Shown: positions 10,054-19,994, counted from the stretch's first letter. The stretch: 64,000 nt of DNA from an uncultured Gemmatimonadales bacterium (GCA_963730185.1 CAVSQW010000006.1:1-64000), one strand, 5' to 3'. Program-made: numbers and translations. Notes: generated from the letters alone by a model not told the origin.

Positions 10054-10611
10054 TCACGCCTCCGACGAGCGGACCGCGGGGTATTGAAGCGTCCCGTCGG
10101 CCATGACCCGCACGCCGGGGGTCGGGGTAGCCGGGACGATGTTCCCCGGCCCGAGGATATGCTCGACCCGCGTCCCAGCCGCCAGCAGGTAGTCGGCGAT
10201 GATCCGGCGATGGCATCGCCACCAGACCGCCTCGGCGCACATGATCGCGCACTGGGTGTCGCGTGCCAGCCCCCGCAGCTCGTCCAGGCCGCCTCGAAAC
10301 GCGTCCGTCTCCGCGTAGTCGGCGTAGTTCCGGAAGGCGGCGACCCGCCAGAAGCCGTTGGCCGACGGCGGCGCGTTCTTGCGGTGGTGCCGGCGCCCGC
10401 CCAGGGCCGGAATGTGGCGGTAGCCGATGCCGTAGCCGGCGAGGGCCGCTCCGAGCCCTTCCTGGTTGAACTGCGGCACCGCTCGCGATCGCGGGATCGA
10501 CCGCACGTCCACCACCGTCGAGACGTCCGCCTCTCGGAGGAGCATCACGAACTCCGACAGTCCCCGGGTGGAGTGGCCGATCGTGAAGACGGGAGTGCCC
10601 GAGGCGGGCAT
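10054..10611 (-). CDS. DUF488 family protein
   Basis: VFTIGHSTR, VDVRSIPRSR..PQFN, LGGRR, FRNYADY, MCAEAVWWRCHRRIIADYL. Confidence 0.92.
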   Translation of the reverse strand: MPASGTPVFTIGHSTRGLSEFVMLLREADVSTVVDVRSIPRSRAVPQFNQEGLGAALAGYGIGYRHIPALGGRRHHRKNAPPSANGFWRVAAFRNYADYAETDAFRGGLDELRGLARDTQCAIMCAEAVWWRCHRRIIADYLLAAGTRVEHILGPGNIVPATPTPGVRVMADGTLQYPAVRSSEA

Positions 10612-10829
10612 CAGCGCGGGAGCCGGGTGAGGGCCGACCCCTTGTGCATCGCAAGGTGATCGGTCGTGTCGCTCCGTATTTCGTATTGGGGCTCGTCACG
10701 GCTGGCATGGACGACGTACCCCTTGAAGGTCGTGGGCGCCGTCACCACACGGGTGATGTGGCCGCTCACTCGGCCGGCCTCCGAGTTCCACGCGACGTGG
10801 TCCCCTCGCTTGAATCGTCCGGACCTCAC
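10611..10829 (-). CDS. DUF2945 (HVA1/Tudor-like) small protein
   Basis: FKRGDHVAWNSEAGRVSG...HASRDEPQYEIRSDTTDHLAMHKGSAL. Confidence 0.85.
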   Translation of the reverse strand: MRSGRFKRGDHVAWNSEAGRVSGHITRVVTAPTTFKGYVVHASRDEPQYEIRSDTTDHLAMHKGSALTRLPR

Positions 10830-11031
10830 GGGATGCCTCCTGCGAAGATTCCCAAGACTTGGTGCACGTCGTCAAATCGCGGCGGTTGAGGGGCCGGGTC
10901 ACCCCTTGCAGGTCGTCCCCATGACCCGGACGGCGTTCCCACGGCGAAGCTATCACCGGGGCGATTGAATGGCGAAGAGGTCCTTCCCGGCTGGCCCCTT
11001 CACCATTTCAGACGGGGTCATAAGAGTGCTA

Positions 11032-11060
11032 TTGCTCCCGAACGTCGCAACCCATATGAT
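11032..11060 (+). promoter_or_regulatory. Candidate sigma70 promoter for the OleA-like gene
   Basis: TTGCTC(11032-37)-N17-TATGAT(11055-60) in an AT-richer intergenic stretch. Confidence 0.45.
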
Positions 11061-11119
11061 TGCCACTCCGATCGCGTATTCCACCCCAACATCATCAATT
11101 GTTGTCCTGGGAGAAGGCC

Positions 11120-12136
11120 ATGTTCTTCGACAATGTCGCGATCGCGTCGTTGAGCTATGTAGATGCTCCCCATCGGATATCCTCCTCAGACCTTGAGGCG
11201 CGACTGGCGCCCGTGATGGCTAACATTGGCAATCCCCAAGGCATTATCGAGAAGCTTACCGGCATCAAAGCGCGCCGTTTCTGGGATTCCGAGGTAATGC
11301 CCAGCGATGTCGCGACCCTCGCCGCCGAAAAAGCCATCGCCGCAGCGGGCATTTCCAAAGACACAATTGGCGTCATTGTAAATACGTCGGTATCCAAGGA
11401 TTGTATTGAGCCCTCGGTCGCCAGCCTCGTGCATGGCAACTTGGGACTCAACGAGGATTGCCTGAACTTCGACATCGGCAATGCTTGCCTCGCCTTCCTC
11501 AACGGGATGCAGCTCTTGGGCAATATGATCGAGCGCGGCCAGGTCGATTACGGCCTGATTGTCGACGGCGAGGGCTGTCGCGACGTGGTCGAAGCCACCA
11601 TCCGGCGCCTGGTCGAATCCGGTGCCGGCGAGAAAACCTTCCGCGACAATTTCGCGACGCTCACCCTCGGCTCCGGCGCCGCGGCGATGGTGCTCACCCG
11701 TGGCGATCTCGCCCCTGCTGCGCCGCGCTTTCATGGCGGCGTCACCTTGGCCGCCACCGAGCACAACCGCCTCTGCATCGGCCAACCGACCGAGATGATT
11801 ACCAACGCCAGCGCCCTGCTCGTCGCTGGTATCGGCCTCGCCAAGAAGACCCTCGCCAAAGCGGTAGACGCCCTGCAGTGGAAGCTCGACGAGATCGACC
11901 ACTTCATCATGCACCAAGTCGGGCATACCCACATGGCCAAGCTGTGCGCGGCCCTCGGCGTGGACCCTTCCAAAGTGTTCATGACCTTCGAGGAGTTTGG
12001 AAACATTGGCCCGGCAGCGGTTCCGATTACGCTTGCCAAGGCTGTCGAGGCCGGACGCATCGAGAAAGGCGACCGCATCGCCCTCATGGGAATCGGTAGT
12101 GGCATCAACTGCTCAATGATGGAAGTCGTTTGGTAG
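11120..12136 (+). CDS. oleA: OleA-type 3-oxoacyl-ACP synthase III/thiolase (head-to-head acyl condensation family)
   Basis: MFFDNVAIASLSYVDAPH, NTSVSKDCIEPSVAS, FDIGNACLAFLNGM (catalytic Cys), ATLTLGSGAAAMV, HQV, GNIGPA, GIGSGINCSMMEVVW. Collinear along its length with the OleA sequence as I recall it. Confidence 0.8.
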   Translation: MFFDNVAIASLSYVDAPHRISSSDLEARLAPVMANIGNPQGIIEKLTGIKARRFWDSEVMPSDVATLAAEKAIAAAGISKDTIGVIVNTSVSKDCIEPSVASLVHGNLGLNEDCLNFDIGNACLAFLNGMQLLGNMIERGQVDYGLIVDGEGCRDVVEATIRRLVESGAGEKTFRDNFATLTLGSGAAAMVLTRGDLAPAAPRFHGGVTLAATEHNRLCIGQPTEMITNASALLVAGIGLAKKTLAKAVDALQWKLDEIDHFIMHQVGHTHMAKLCAALGVDPSKVFMTFEEFGNIGPAAVPITLAKAVEAGRIEKGDRIALMGIGSGINCSMMEVVW

Positions 12137-12144
12137 TGGACGTC

Positions 12145-14952
12145 CTACCCGCTCCCGACGCCAGCCGCGAGACCAACAAGCCGGGAATGCCATAGGGCCG
12201 CGACGCGGGTCAGCTCTCGCCGCGCGTGCTCCCACGACATCGCCTCCAGTGCGCGTCCGGTCTCGGCGTTCACTTCGAACAGGCCGTACGAACCGATGGC
12301 CGGCGTGAGCAGGCACATGTTGTCCCGGGCGGCCAGCGCGGCGAGGCTCGCCATCTGCTGAAAGCTGGGAATCGCCATCGTGTGGTACAGGATGTCGACC
12401 AGCCCCGGGGGTCGCGCCGTGCCCGAGCGGCGGATCCGGCGACCCAGTTCTTTCCAGCCGCTCAAGACGGTCCCGTAGTCGAGCGCCCCCTCGAATGCCG
12501 GCGCACCCGATCCGGCGGATTCATCGAGGTCGCTGGCGACGACCAGGCCGTCGTCGGCCTGATCGCCGAAGACTTCCGTCGGGAGGTGGTTGATGATGCC
12601 GCCGTCCACCAGCAGGTCGCCCTCGTGCCACACCGGTGGCCAGAGGAGCGGTAACGAGCCGCTGGCCCGCACCAGCTTCCAGATCGGACCGCGGGTGAGG
12701 TGCACGGCGCGATGACGTCGAATATCGACCGCGGTCAGGACCGCCGGGATCAGCTGATCCTCGAGTCGCCGATCACCGAACACCGCCTGCAACGCACGTT
12801 GGGCAGCGGCGCCACTGGTGAGCGCCGTGATGGGAGGCTGGAACTGGCTGAGTCGGGGCGAACCGTTGGTGATGATCGAGATGGCTGCCGCCAATGCTTC
12901 CTCACCGCGCAGGCCGATAGCCACGAGGGCGGCAACACCGGCGCCGGAACTGGTTCCGCTCAGGAGGTCAATCGGCAAGTCGTGGTCTTGCATCGCGCGC
13001 ACGACGCCCAGATGGGCCGGCGCCCGCGATGACGCGCCGCTGAAGGCCAGGGCCACGGCGCGTCCGGTCAGACGGCGCGCGATGCTGCCGATGTCACGGG
13101 TGTCACCGGAACGGACGTGGTGGTGCGCGTGCTGCGGGCGCTCGGCGAGCCAGCGGTTCGTCCCGGTCGCCTCGATGATTCCCCGGGGCTGCAGGAGGAC
13201 GAGGTGCCGGGCGCCGATGAACGCCCGTTCCGCGCCGTCGTTCGCACCGCGGGGACCGTCCGAATCGGCCGTGGCGAGGGCGGCAAGGGCATGCTCGATT
13301 GGCCGCAGCGCGGGCGAGCTGCTGGCGTCAGCCACCAGCAAGACGTGATCGCTCTGGCGGATCGCGCGTCGGGTCCACGAATCGACCGTCGCCTCGCAGA
13401 TGAGGATGACCGCATCGTGACGGCGCTCGAGTTGATCGAGCCAGCGGATGATCGCGTCCTCTCCGACGTCGCCACGTCGGGTGCGGGAGGCCTCCGGCTC
13501 GAGCGTCGCATTCAGGCGCCCCGCGTCGACGACGGTCGCGTCGAATCGCATCTCGCCGCACGCGGCGGCAAACAAGGTTACGAAATCACGGACGCAGTCC
13601 GGGGCCGCCAGGGGCACGATCGCAAAGGTGCGGGCCCGCCGGGTCTCGGATGTGGTCTCACCGGCCGCGCGCCGGGCGAGGATGCGGGCCACCGCGCGGG
13701 TAAATCCGAGGGAACGCCCCAGCAGCGAACTGATGGTGGCTTGGTCGACCCGCGCCACCGTGCTGTCGCGAACGGCGCGCACCGACGTCGATCGTCGCCC
13801 TCCGCTCAACAACGCGGTCTCACCGACGAAGGCGCCGGGTCCGATCCACGACTCATGCCGCTCTCCCGCCGGCGTCTGGCGCACCACCTCCAAGCGACCG
13901 GCACGGATGAGCCAGGCGTCGTCGGCCGGATCGCCCTGTCGGAGCAACAGGCTGCCTCCATCGACGCGCTCCCATTGCAGGGTGCCTTGAAGCCAGGCGA
14001 GTTCGGGCGCGCTGAGTTCGGCGAACACCTCGAAGTCGCGCAGCGATTCGAATTCGCGGGCACCTTGGCGCAGTGCCGAGAGCAGCAGTTCCAGCAGCTT
14101 GGCGGATGGATCGGGGAGCATGTGAATCTGCTTCACCCTCGGCGGGAGCCGCAGGCGTTGGGTCGCTTTCGACGGCGCCTCCTGTTCGCTGCGCAGGTAG
14201 ACGATTTCCGTGTGACGTCGTGCCGAGCCGTCGCACGCCACCTGGTACGCGACGGAACTGGCCGAGAGGACACCGCGCGGCTGGAAGATGAGCACCCGAT
14301 CGGCGTGGGCGACCACCTGGGCGGATCTGGTGTCATCGCCGCCATGCCCGAGGTAGACCACCGTTGTCGCATCCGCCTCGTGCGTCGCCAGTTCCTGCGC
14401 GAGGTCGCCGACGGAGGTCGGTCTCGTCTCCGTCAGGCGAACCAGTCGCGCGCCGGTCAGGGCCTGCACGGCAGTCTCGAGATGCCCCGTGATACTGTCG
14501 GCCATCGCCGCATCACAGCTCTCGAGCAGCGCCATGATGATGAGCGGGTCGGGTGGCAGCGTCAGGAGATCGTGATCGGGGAGCTGGGCCAGCCGGGCGA
14601 CCGCCTCCACCGATGCCCGCACATCGCCGCCCGTATCCCAGAGCGCGCGGGCGGGGAGGCGCGAGAGACGTCCGTGACGCAACGCGGTGACGGCCACATG
14701 GGAAAGGGCGCCGGAGAGTGACGCCGCAAGGCCGATGATGGCACCCGGGGGTGCCCATCGTAACGGCTCTCCCGGGGTGGCCACCTCGAGCAGGCCGCGT
14801 TCGACGATCAACACGTCGTTGACCGGCTCACCCAGCGCACGCACCGACGTCCCCGGTGCCACGGTCTCAGACGACGCCCGACTGGTCAACCGGTCCCAGT
14901 CACCCGTGTCGCCAAGAACCGACTGCAGGGCAGTGCGCAGACTTTGAAGCAT
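12145..14952 (-). CDS. cNMP-binding domain, patatin-like phospholipase (NTE-like)
   Basis: Two cNMP-like domains (second: LLRQGDPADDAWLIRAGRLEV..GAFVGETALLSGGRRSTSVRA), WTRRAIRQSD, patatin GTSSG and LLVDGGIINHLP. Confidence 0.88.
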   Translation of the reverse strand: MLQSLRTALQSVLGDTGDWDRLTSRASSETVAPGTSVRALGEPVNDVLIVERGLLEVATPGEPLRWAPPGAIIGLAASLSGALSHVAVTALRHGRLSRLPARALWDTGGDVRASVEAVARLAQLPDHDLLTLPPDPLIIMALLESCDAAMADSITGHLETAVQALTGARLVRLTETRPTSVGDLAQELATHEADATTVVYLGHGGDDTRSAQVVAHADRVLIFQPRGVLSASSVAYQVACDGSARRHTEIVYLRSEQEAPSKATQRLRLPPRVKQIHMLPDPSAKLLELLLSALRQGAREFESLRDFEVFAELSAPELAWLQGTLQWERVDGGSLLLRQGDPADDAWLIRAGRLEVVRQTPAGERHESWIGPGAFVGETALLSGGRRSTSVRAVRDSTVARVDQATISSLLGRSLGFTRAVARILARRAAGETTSETRRARTFAIVPLAAPDCVRDFVTLFAAACGEMRFDATVVDAGRLNATLEPEASRTRRGDVGEDAIIRWLDQLERRHDAVILICEATVDSWTRRAIRQSDHVLLVADASSSPALRPIEHALAALATADSDGPRGANDGAERAFIGARHLVLLQPRGIIEATGTNRWLAERPQHAHHHVRSGDTRDIGSIARRLTGRAVALAFSGASSRAPAHLGVVRAMQDHDLPIDLLSGTSSGAGVAALVAIGLRGEEALAAAISIITNGSPRLSQFQPPITALTSGAAAQRALQAVFGDRRLEDQLIPAVLTAVDIRRHRAVHLTRGPIWKLVRASGSLPLLWPPVWHEGDLLVDGGIINHLPTEVFGDQADDGLVVASDLDESAGSGAPAFEGALDYGTVLSGWKELGRRIRRSGTARPPGLVDILYHTMAIPSFQQMASLAALAARDNMCLLTPAIGSYGLFEVNAETGRALEAMSWEHARRELTRVAALWHSRLVGLAAGVGSG

Positions 14953-15125
14953 TCGTTGCCTGGCGGCGAAGGTGGGTGTGGCGTCGCTGGAATGTCATGC
15001 GCGCCCCCGAAATCTAAGTTGCCAAGCCGCTGGAGAGGCGGCGGGGCATGGTATCGCGAGTTGCCGAGCCGCCCCTAGGCGCCGAAGTTGTTGAGGCGAG
15101 ACCGGACGTCACGGAGGTGGAGCGG

Positions 15126-15881
15126 ATGGCAGGAGTCGAAGGCCGGATCGCGTTGGTTACCGGCGCAGGCCGGGGCATCGGACGGTCGGCCGCGATGCTG
15201 TTGGCGACCCGTGGGGCCCGGGTCATGGCCGTGTCGCGCAACGAGGAGCAGTTGGCCGCGCTCGGTCTCGAGTACGCGGTGGCCGATCTCGGCACGCCCG
15301 AGGGTTGTCTCTATGCCGTCTCGGAGACGGAGGGCCGGTTGGGGCCGATCGACATCCTGGTCTGCAATCACGGGATCGGATCGGCCCACGAGGGGGTGAT
15401 CTGGGAGCAGGATCGGGCGGTCTGGCGGGAGACGATGCAGATCAACCTCGACGGACCGTTCGAGCTCTCGCGACTGGTGGTGCGGGGAATGGTCGACCGG
15501 GGCTACGGCCGGCTCGTCTACACCAGCTCGACCGCGGGCCTCGTCGCCGAATACGCGGGAAGCGCCTATTCGGCGTCCAAGCACGGATTGATCGGCTTGA
15601 TGCGGTCGGTGGCCCAGGACGCGGGCAAACACGGGGTGACCTCGAATGCCGTCCTGCCGGGCTGGGTCCGGACCGAGATGGCCGAGCAGTCGGCACGGGC
15701 CGAGGCGGCGGCCCGGGGCATAACCACCGCGAAGGTGTGGGAGGAGCGAGCGGCTCTCTATCCGGCGGGCCGGGTGGCCACCGCGGAGGAGGTGGCCGAG
15801 GTAATCGCCTTCCTGGCCTCGGAGGAGTCGAGCGGGGTCAGCGGCGAAGCGATCCGGGTTGCGCTCGGGAGTGTGTGGTAG
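15126..15881 (+). CDS. SDR family oxidoreductase
   Basis: ALVTGAGRGIG, YSASKHGL, NAVLPGWVRTEM. Confidence 0.93.
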   Translation: MAGVEGRIALVTGAGRGIGRSAAMLLATRGARVMAVSRNEEQLAALGLEYAVADLGTPEGCLYAVSETEGRLGPIDILVCNHGIGSAHEGVIWEQDRAVWRETMQINLDGPFELSRLVVRGMVDRGYGRLVYTSSTAGLVAEYAGSAYSASKHGLIGLMRSVAQDAGKHGVTSNAVLPGWVRTEMAEQSARAEAAARGITTAKVWEERAALYPAGRVATAEEVAEVIAFLASEESSGVSGEAIRVALGSVW

Positions 15882-15926
15882 AGCGCCTCGTCGCGATCCG
15901 GAGGCGGGGCTGTTCGGAGTCGGAAT

Positions 15927-15947
15927 GGCCTCCTCCTCGAGGAGGCC
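15927..15947. terminator. Hairpin between convergent genes
   Basis: GGCCTCCTC-CTC-GAGGAGGCC perfect stem; no U-tract. Confidence 0.35.
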
Positions 15948-16154
15948 CGGCAGACTGCCTACTTGAACCTGGCGGTCGCGAACGCCAGCAATCCGCGCGC
16001 CGGCATCACGAAGTCGCCGAGGCTCGCCAGTCCGGTCGGCCCGCTCCGCCATCCGGTCCCGGGCAGCTGCGTCGAGGAGCCGTCCGATCGGCGAAAGATA
16101 GTTAAAGGGGGGGAGCGGGGCGGGCGTTTGCTCCCGGCCCTTGCCGGGCCTCGA

Positions 16155-17037
16155 TCACGCCGGCCCGATCACCCGAAACCGCCGCGCCCGCTCCCCCGCG
16201 GTGTCGTCGAGTTCCCGCAAGGCGGCGAACGGCAGGGCCTCCTTGGTAGCATTGGTTATCGCCCCCGTTGCGATGATCTCCTGAAGCGCCCGCCGGACGG
16301 CCCCTAAGGCGATCATCCCGAAATCCAGGAACGCCGCGAACGCCACGTTGACCGCCCGCATTTCCTCGATGGTGCCGCCGATCGACATGATCGGCTTCTT
16401 GACGAGCGCGAATGCCTCCCGGTTCTCCGCCATCGGCAGCCCCGGGAACCAGAACGCATCGGCCCCCGCCTCGGCGTAGGCGGCGGCCCGGTCCATCACT
16501 TCGGTCTTCGGGCGCCCCTCCCGGAGACCGACCGAGGCGGCCATCACCACGAAGTCGGCATCCCGGCGCGCGTCCACCGCCGCTTTGATCTTGTCCACCA
16601 TCGTGGCCGCCGGCACCAGGTTGCCGTGCGGGGCGCCAGATGCGGCACCAGGTCCGCGTCCTCCATCAGAACGGCAGAGAAGCCGGCCCGCTCGACCAGC
16701 TTGATGCCCCGATGGACGTGCATCGCCGTGCCCTTACCGTCCTCGATGTCGAGCAGGGCTGGGAGGTCGGTGCCGCCGGCGATCGGGGCACCGACCGCGA
16801 GAAGATCGCTGAGCGTGACGAGGCCGACGTCCGGAATGCCGAGCATCCGGGACGGCGCCTGCCCCGACACGCAGACCAGCGGGAACCCCTCCTGCTCGGC
16901 CAGCCGGGCGGAGAGGAGGTTCTCGATCACCGGCGAGTAGAACGGGTCGCCCCGGAGGAGCTGCCGGAGGCGCCCGGCCCTCGTTGGAGCCGGCTGGATT
17001 GGCGGCGCGGCCGCGGACGGACGTCCCGGGTCGTCAC
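16155..17037 (-). CDS. Isocitrate lyase/PEP mutase family protein; frameshifted, start uncertain
   Basis: LSARLAEQEGF, GIPDVGLVT, PALLDIEDGKG, AVLMED, then MVDKIKAAVDAR, RAAAYAEAGADA in another frame. Confidence 0.8.
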
Positions 17038-18206
17038 CCCTTCCAAATCGTCCCCATGACCCGGACCACGTTCCCGCCCAGGATCGCCCGGATATTGTCG
17101 TCACTGTACTTCCGCCGGATCAGCCCCTCGGTCAAGTCGAACATCCGCTTGGGATGGTCCAGCCCCTTGATGGTGAGGATCGGCTTTCCGTCCGGACCCA
17201 GGTGCAGCATGTAGCGGTCGAAGTTCGGGGTCGACGGCACCCCGGTGCCCGGCGGCCCGTTCACCGGGTTCGGATTCCCCACCACGTCCATGTCGCTCCC
17301 CACCGCCAGATACTCCACCCCCACCAGCTTGGCGACGTAGTCGAAGTGGTCGAGCACGTCGTCCACCGTCACCGGCTCCTTGAGCGACACCATCATCCGG
17401 AGCATCGCGATCCCCATCACCCCACCCGACTTGGCCATCTTCCGGATCATCTCGTCGGTCTTGCAGCGAAGCGCGCCCGGCACCAGGGCCCGGCAGGTCG
17501 CGTGCGAGAAGACCACCGGCTTGGTGGATACGTCGAGGGTGTCGAGCGTCGTCCGGTCGTTGCAGTGGGACACGTCGACCGCCATCCCGACCTCGTTCAT
17601 CTTGGCGACGATCTCGCGGCCGAAGACGGAGAGCCCGTTGTCGCCCTCCTCCAGGAAGCCCGAGCCGATCCGGGTCTGGTAGTTGTAGGTGAGCTGGCTC
17701 AGCCGCTGGCCCAGATTGTAGAACGTGGCCACGTCGTCGGCGGTCCGGAAGTGGTCGGAGCCCTGGAAGGTGAGCATGATGCCCACCTTGCCCGATTGCT
17801 TGGCCCGGTCGAAGTCGCTCACGTCGTCGATCCGGGTGAACCAGTCGGGATACTCGGCCAGAAACGAGTTCCAGTCGGCGAAGAAGCGGATCCCGGACTC
17901 GTAGTCGCGGGCGCCGTGGCCCAGGGCCAGCGCGGTGTAGCCGGAGTCGCGGTAGGTGGCGAAGTCGGCGGCGGTCATCGAGCGGGCGGTGTGGAGCCAG
18001 AGCTCCGACTTGGGCGGCTGGTCGGAAAAGTCGGCGAACCGGAACTGGTTGAGGAGGTCCACCACGGTCGACTCCCTCATCAGCCGGACGGCCCGCTCGG
18101 AGTATTCCGTGGCGACGTCGGGAAAGAGCCGGTAGCGGTGGCGGAGCACGGCCGGGGCGGCCATGAGCGCGCCCAGTCGGCCGAGCATTGCGCGACGGGT
18201 CAGCAT
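17034..18206 (-). CDS. Membrane dipeptidase (M19) with Tat-like signal
   Basis: MLTRRAML; QLTYN, VDVSHCN, VFSHA, VGSDMD, ILGGNVVRV. Confidence 0.9.
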   Translation of the reverse strand: MLTRRAMLGRLGALMAAPAVLRHRYRLFPDVATEYSERAVRLMRESTVVDLLNQFRFADFSDQPPKSELWLHTARSMTAADFATYRDSGYTALALGHGARDYESGIRFFADWNSFLAEYPDWFTRIDDVSDFDRAKQSGKVGIMLTFQGSDHFRTADDVATFYNLGQRLSQLTYNYQTRIGSGFLEEGDNGLSVFGREIVAKMNEVGMAVDVSHCNDRTTLDTLDVSTKPVVFSHATCRALVPGALRCKTDEMIRKMAKSGGVMGIAMLRMMVSLKEPVTVDDVLDHFDYVAKLVGVEYLAVGSDMDVVGNPNPVNGPPGTGVPSTPNFDRYMLHLGPDGKPILTIKGLDHPKRMFDLTEGLIRRKYSDDNIRAILGGNVVRVMGTIWKG

Positions 18207-18285
18207 GAGTTTTCCGGGTGTTGACGGAACGGATAATGTACACCATTCCCGCTTCGAGGAACGGCTCCGCGGGCTGCCCCGCGAA

Positions 18286-18660
18286 TCATCGGGGCGACGG
18301 TTCGCCGCTTCGGAGCGCGCCGATGGACAGGATCAGCGAGACCAGCGAGACCACCCCGAGGAGGAGGAGGGTCCACACGAAGAAGAAGTCGGCCCGCACG
18401 CCCGCCAGCCCCCGGACGTGAAGCACGGGCATGGCCAGCCCGCCGAGCGACCCGATCAGCATGAGGATCCGGCCCGAACGCCGGTCGGCAAGCGCCAGCG
18501 CTCCGTACAGCACCACGGCGAGCACAGCCATCACGACGAGATACCCGGTCCCCGCCTGAGTCGTGCCGTCCTTGAAGTGGACGGAATCCTGCGCCAGGTG
18601 AACGGTCAACAGGAAGATGGTGATCGAGGACGTGATGGTCAGGGTGACGGTGCGTTTCAT
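18286..18660 (-). CDS. Hypothetical 4-TM membrane protein
   Basis: RBS GGAGG, ATG, four hydrophobic segments, coupled to the upstream gene. Confidence 0.7.
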   Translation of the reverse strand: MKRTVTLTITSSITIFLLTVHLAQDSVHFKDGTTQAGTGYLVVMAVLAVVLYGALALADRRSGRILMLIGSLGGLAMPVLHVRGLAGVRADFFFVWTLLLLGVVSLVSLILSIGALRSGEPSPR

Positions 18661-19103
18661 CGAGCCTTCCTCCAGCGGTCGCCTGGCGCCACCACGTAGT
18701 GGCGCCAGACGTAGCGCCAGGGAATCACCAACGGCATGACAATGACCCCGGCCGTAATGGCCGGGAAATCCTCCCCGAAGGTTGGCGGAGCCTGACCGGA
18801 CCACCACTGCGGCAGACCGAATACCAGGAACCAGATCGCCTTCCAGGCGAGCTCGAAGAGCAAGAGCGGCAGCATCCGTCTCGGGTACTTGATGCCGATC
18901 AGATCCAGGAGACACATGGCGCCCAAGAGACTCGGGATGACGCCGCGGTCCAACGGCGCATGGTGCCATAACACATTCACCATCAGCGCGCCCTGAGCCA
19001 GGCCGATCAGGGCGTACATGGCCCGCAGCAGATACAGCCGCCAGAGCGGCAGCTCGCACTCGGCGCTCTCGCCGATCGGCGGGGCCAGGGCGGCGGTGCT
19101 CAC
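18657..19103 (-). CDS. Conserved hypothetical membrane protein
   Basis: WRLYLLRAMY...GIKYPRRMLPLLLFELAWKAIW...VIPWRYVWRHYV..PGDRWR; GTGA overlap. Confidence 0.75.
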   Translation of the reverse strand: MSTAALAPPIGESAECELPLWRLYLLRAMYALIGLAQGALMVNVLWHHAPLDRGVIPSLLGAMCLLDLIGIKYPRRMLPLLLFELAWKAIWFLVFGLPQWWSGQAPPTFGEDFPAITAGVIVMPLVIPWRYVWRHYVVAPGDRWRKAR

Positions 19104-19336
19104 GCGGCCCGGGACCGCCGGGCCCGGCGGCTGTCGGGATGGAACTCGAGCAGGTCGCCCGGCTGGCATTCCAGCACCTCGCAGATCGCCTCGAGGGTCG
19201 AGAAGCGGATCGCCCGGGCCTTACCGGTTTTCAGGATCGACAGGTTCGGGAGGGTGATGTCGATCCGCTCCGCCAGCTCGGTCAGCGTCATCCGCCGCTC
19301 GTGCAGGAGGTCGTCGAGCTTGACCACGATCGCCAT
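19100..19336 (-). CDS. Cro/C1-type HTH regulator (YozG-like)
   Basis: MAIVVKLDDLLHERRMTLTELAERIDITLPNLSILKTGKARAIRFSTLEAICEVLECQPGDLL. Confidence 0.93.
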   Translation of the reverse strand: MAIVVKLDDLLHERRMTLTELAERIDITLPNLSILKTGKARAIRFSTLEAICEVLECQPGDLLEFHPDSRRARRSRAA

Positions 19337-19860
19337 CAGACGGTCCCCTCCAGGTCTTCGCGCATCAGGGAGCCTTCGGCGAAGACCCGGGCCAGCACGA
19401 AGGTCAGGATCACCGCGAGCCAGCCGCTGGGCGAGAAGCCGGCGTCGAGGTGAAGCGGATGGGCGGGAGTGGACGCGGCCCTCCCGACCGCTCCGATGAC
19501 CAGGCTCAAGGCTTGGAGGGCAAGCAGGAGCCAGGCGATGTCTCTGAGGCTCCGGGCGTTCGCGGCCACGAACGGGTCGCCCCGGCGCACCGTCTCGACG
19601 ACCGCCAGGAGCCGCCTCAGAATGGCGTAGTTGATCGGGATGACCACGAGGCCGAGCCCGGCGATCGCGCGCATCCCAGCGATCTCGGATCGGGTCTCGT
19701 CCGAGGGCGGAACGCCCAGCGCCGTGAAGGTCCATTGCTCGTGGGTGAACGACCAGACCAGCAAGGCGAGGATGGCGGCTCCGAAGAGCCAGTTCAACAC
19801 GATCAGGGCGCGCAGGGCGTTGTAGGCCGTGGGCAGCGCGGGGGAATCGGTTCGGGGCAT
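19336..19860 (-). CDS. DUF2975 membrane protein (alternative start 19884)
   Basis: VETVRRGDPFVAANARSL...VLARVFAEGSLMREDLEGTV, directly upstream of a YozG-like HTH, the usual pairing. Confidence 0.88.
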   Translation of the reverse strand: MPRTDSPALPTAYNALRALIVLNWLFGAAILALLVWSFTHEQWTFTALGVPPSDETRSEIAGMRAIAGLGLVVIPINYAILRRLLAVVETVRRGDPFVAANARSLRDIAWLLLALQALSLVIGAVGRAASTPAHPLHLDAGFSPSGWLAVILTFVLARVFAEGSLMREDLEGTV

Positions 19861-19887
19861 CGGATCGGGGCTCCGGTTCGTCATATT

Positions 19888-19921
19888 GATAAACGATAAA
19901 TCGTTTATCGTTTTTCGGCAA
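19888..19921 (-). promoter_or_regulatory. Promoter with overlapping perfect palindromic operator
   Basis: Minus strand TTGCCG(19921-16)-N17-TATCGT(19898-93). Palindrome GATAAACGAT-AA-ATCGTTTATC at 19888-19909. Confidence 0.7.
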
Positions 19922-19994
19922 GACGAGGCCCCGCCCGGCAGCCGGCGCGAGCTTTCCGGAAGCTCCGGACCTCGGTAACCTACCCGATCCCCCA

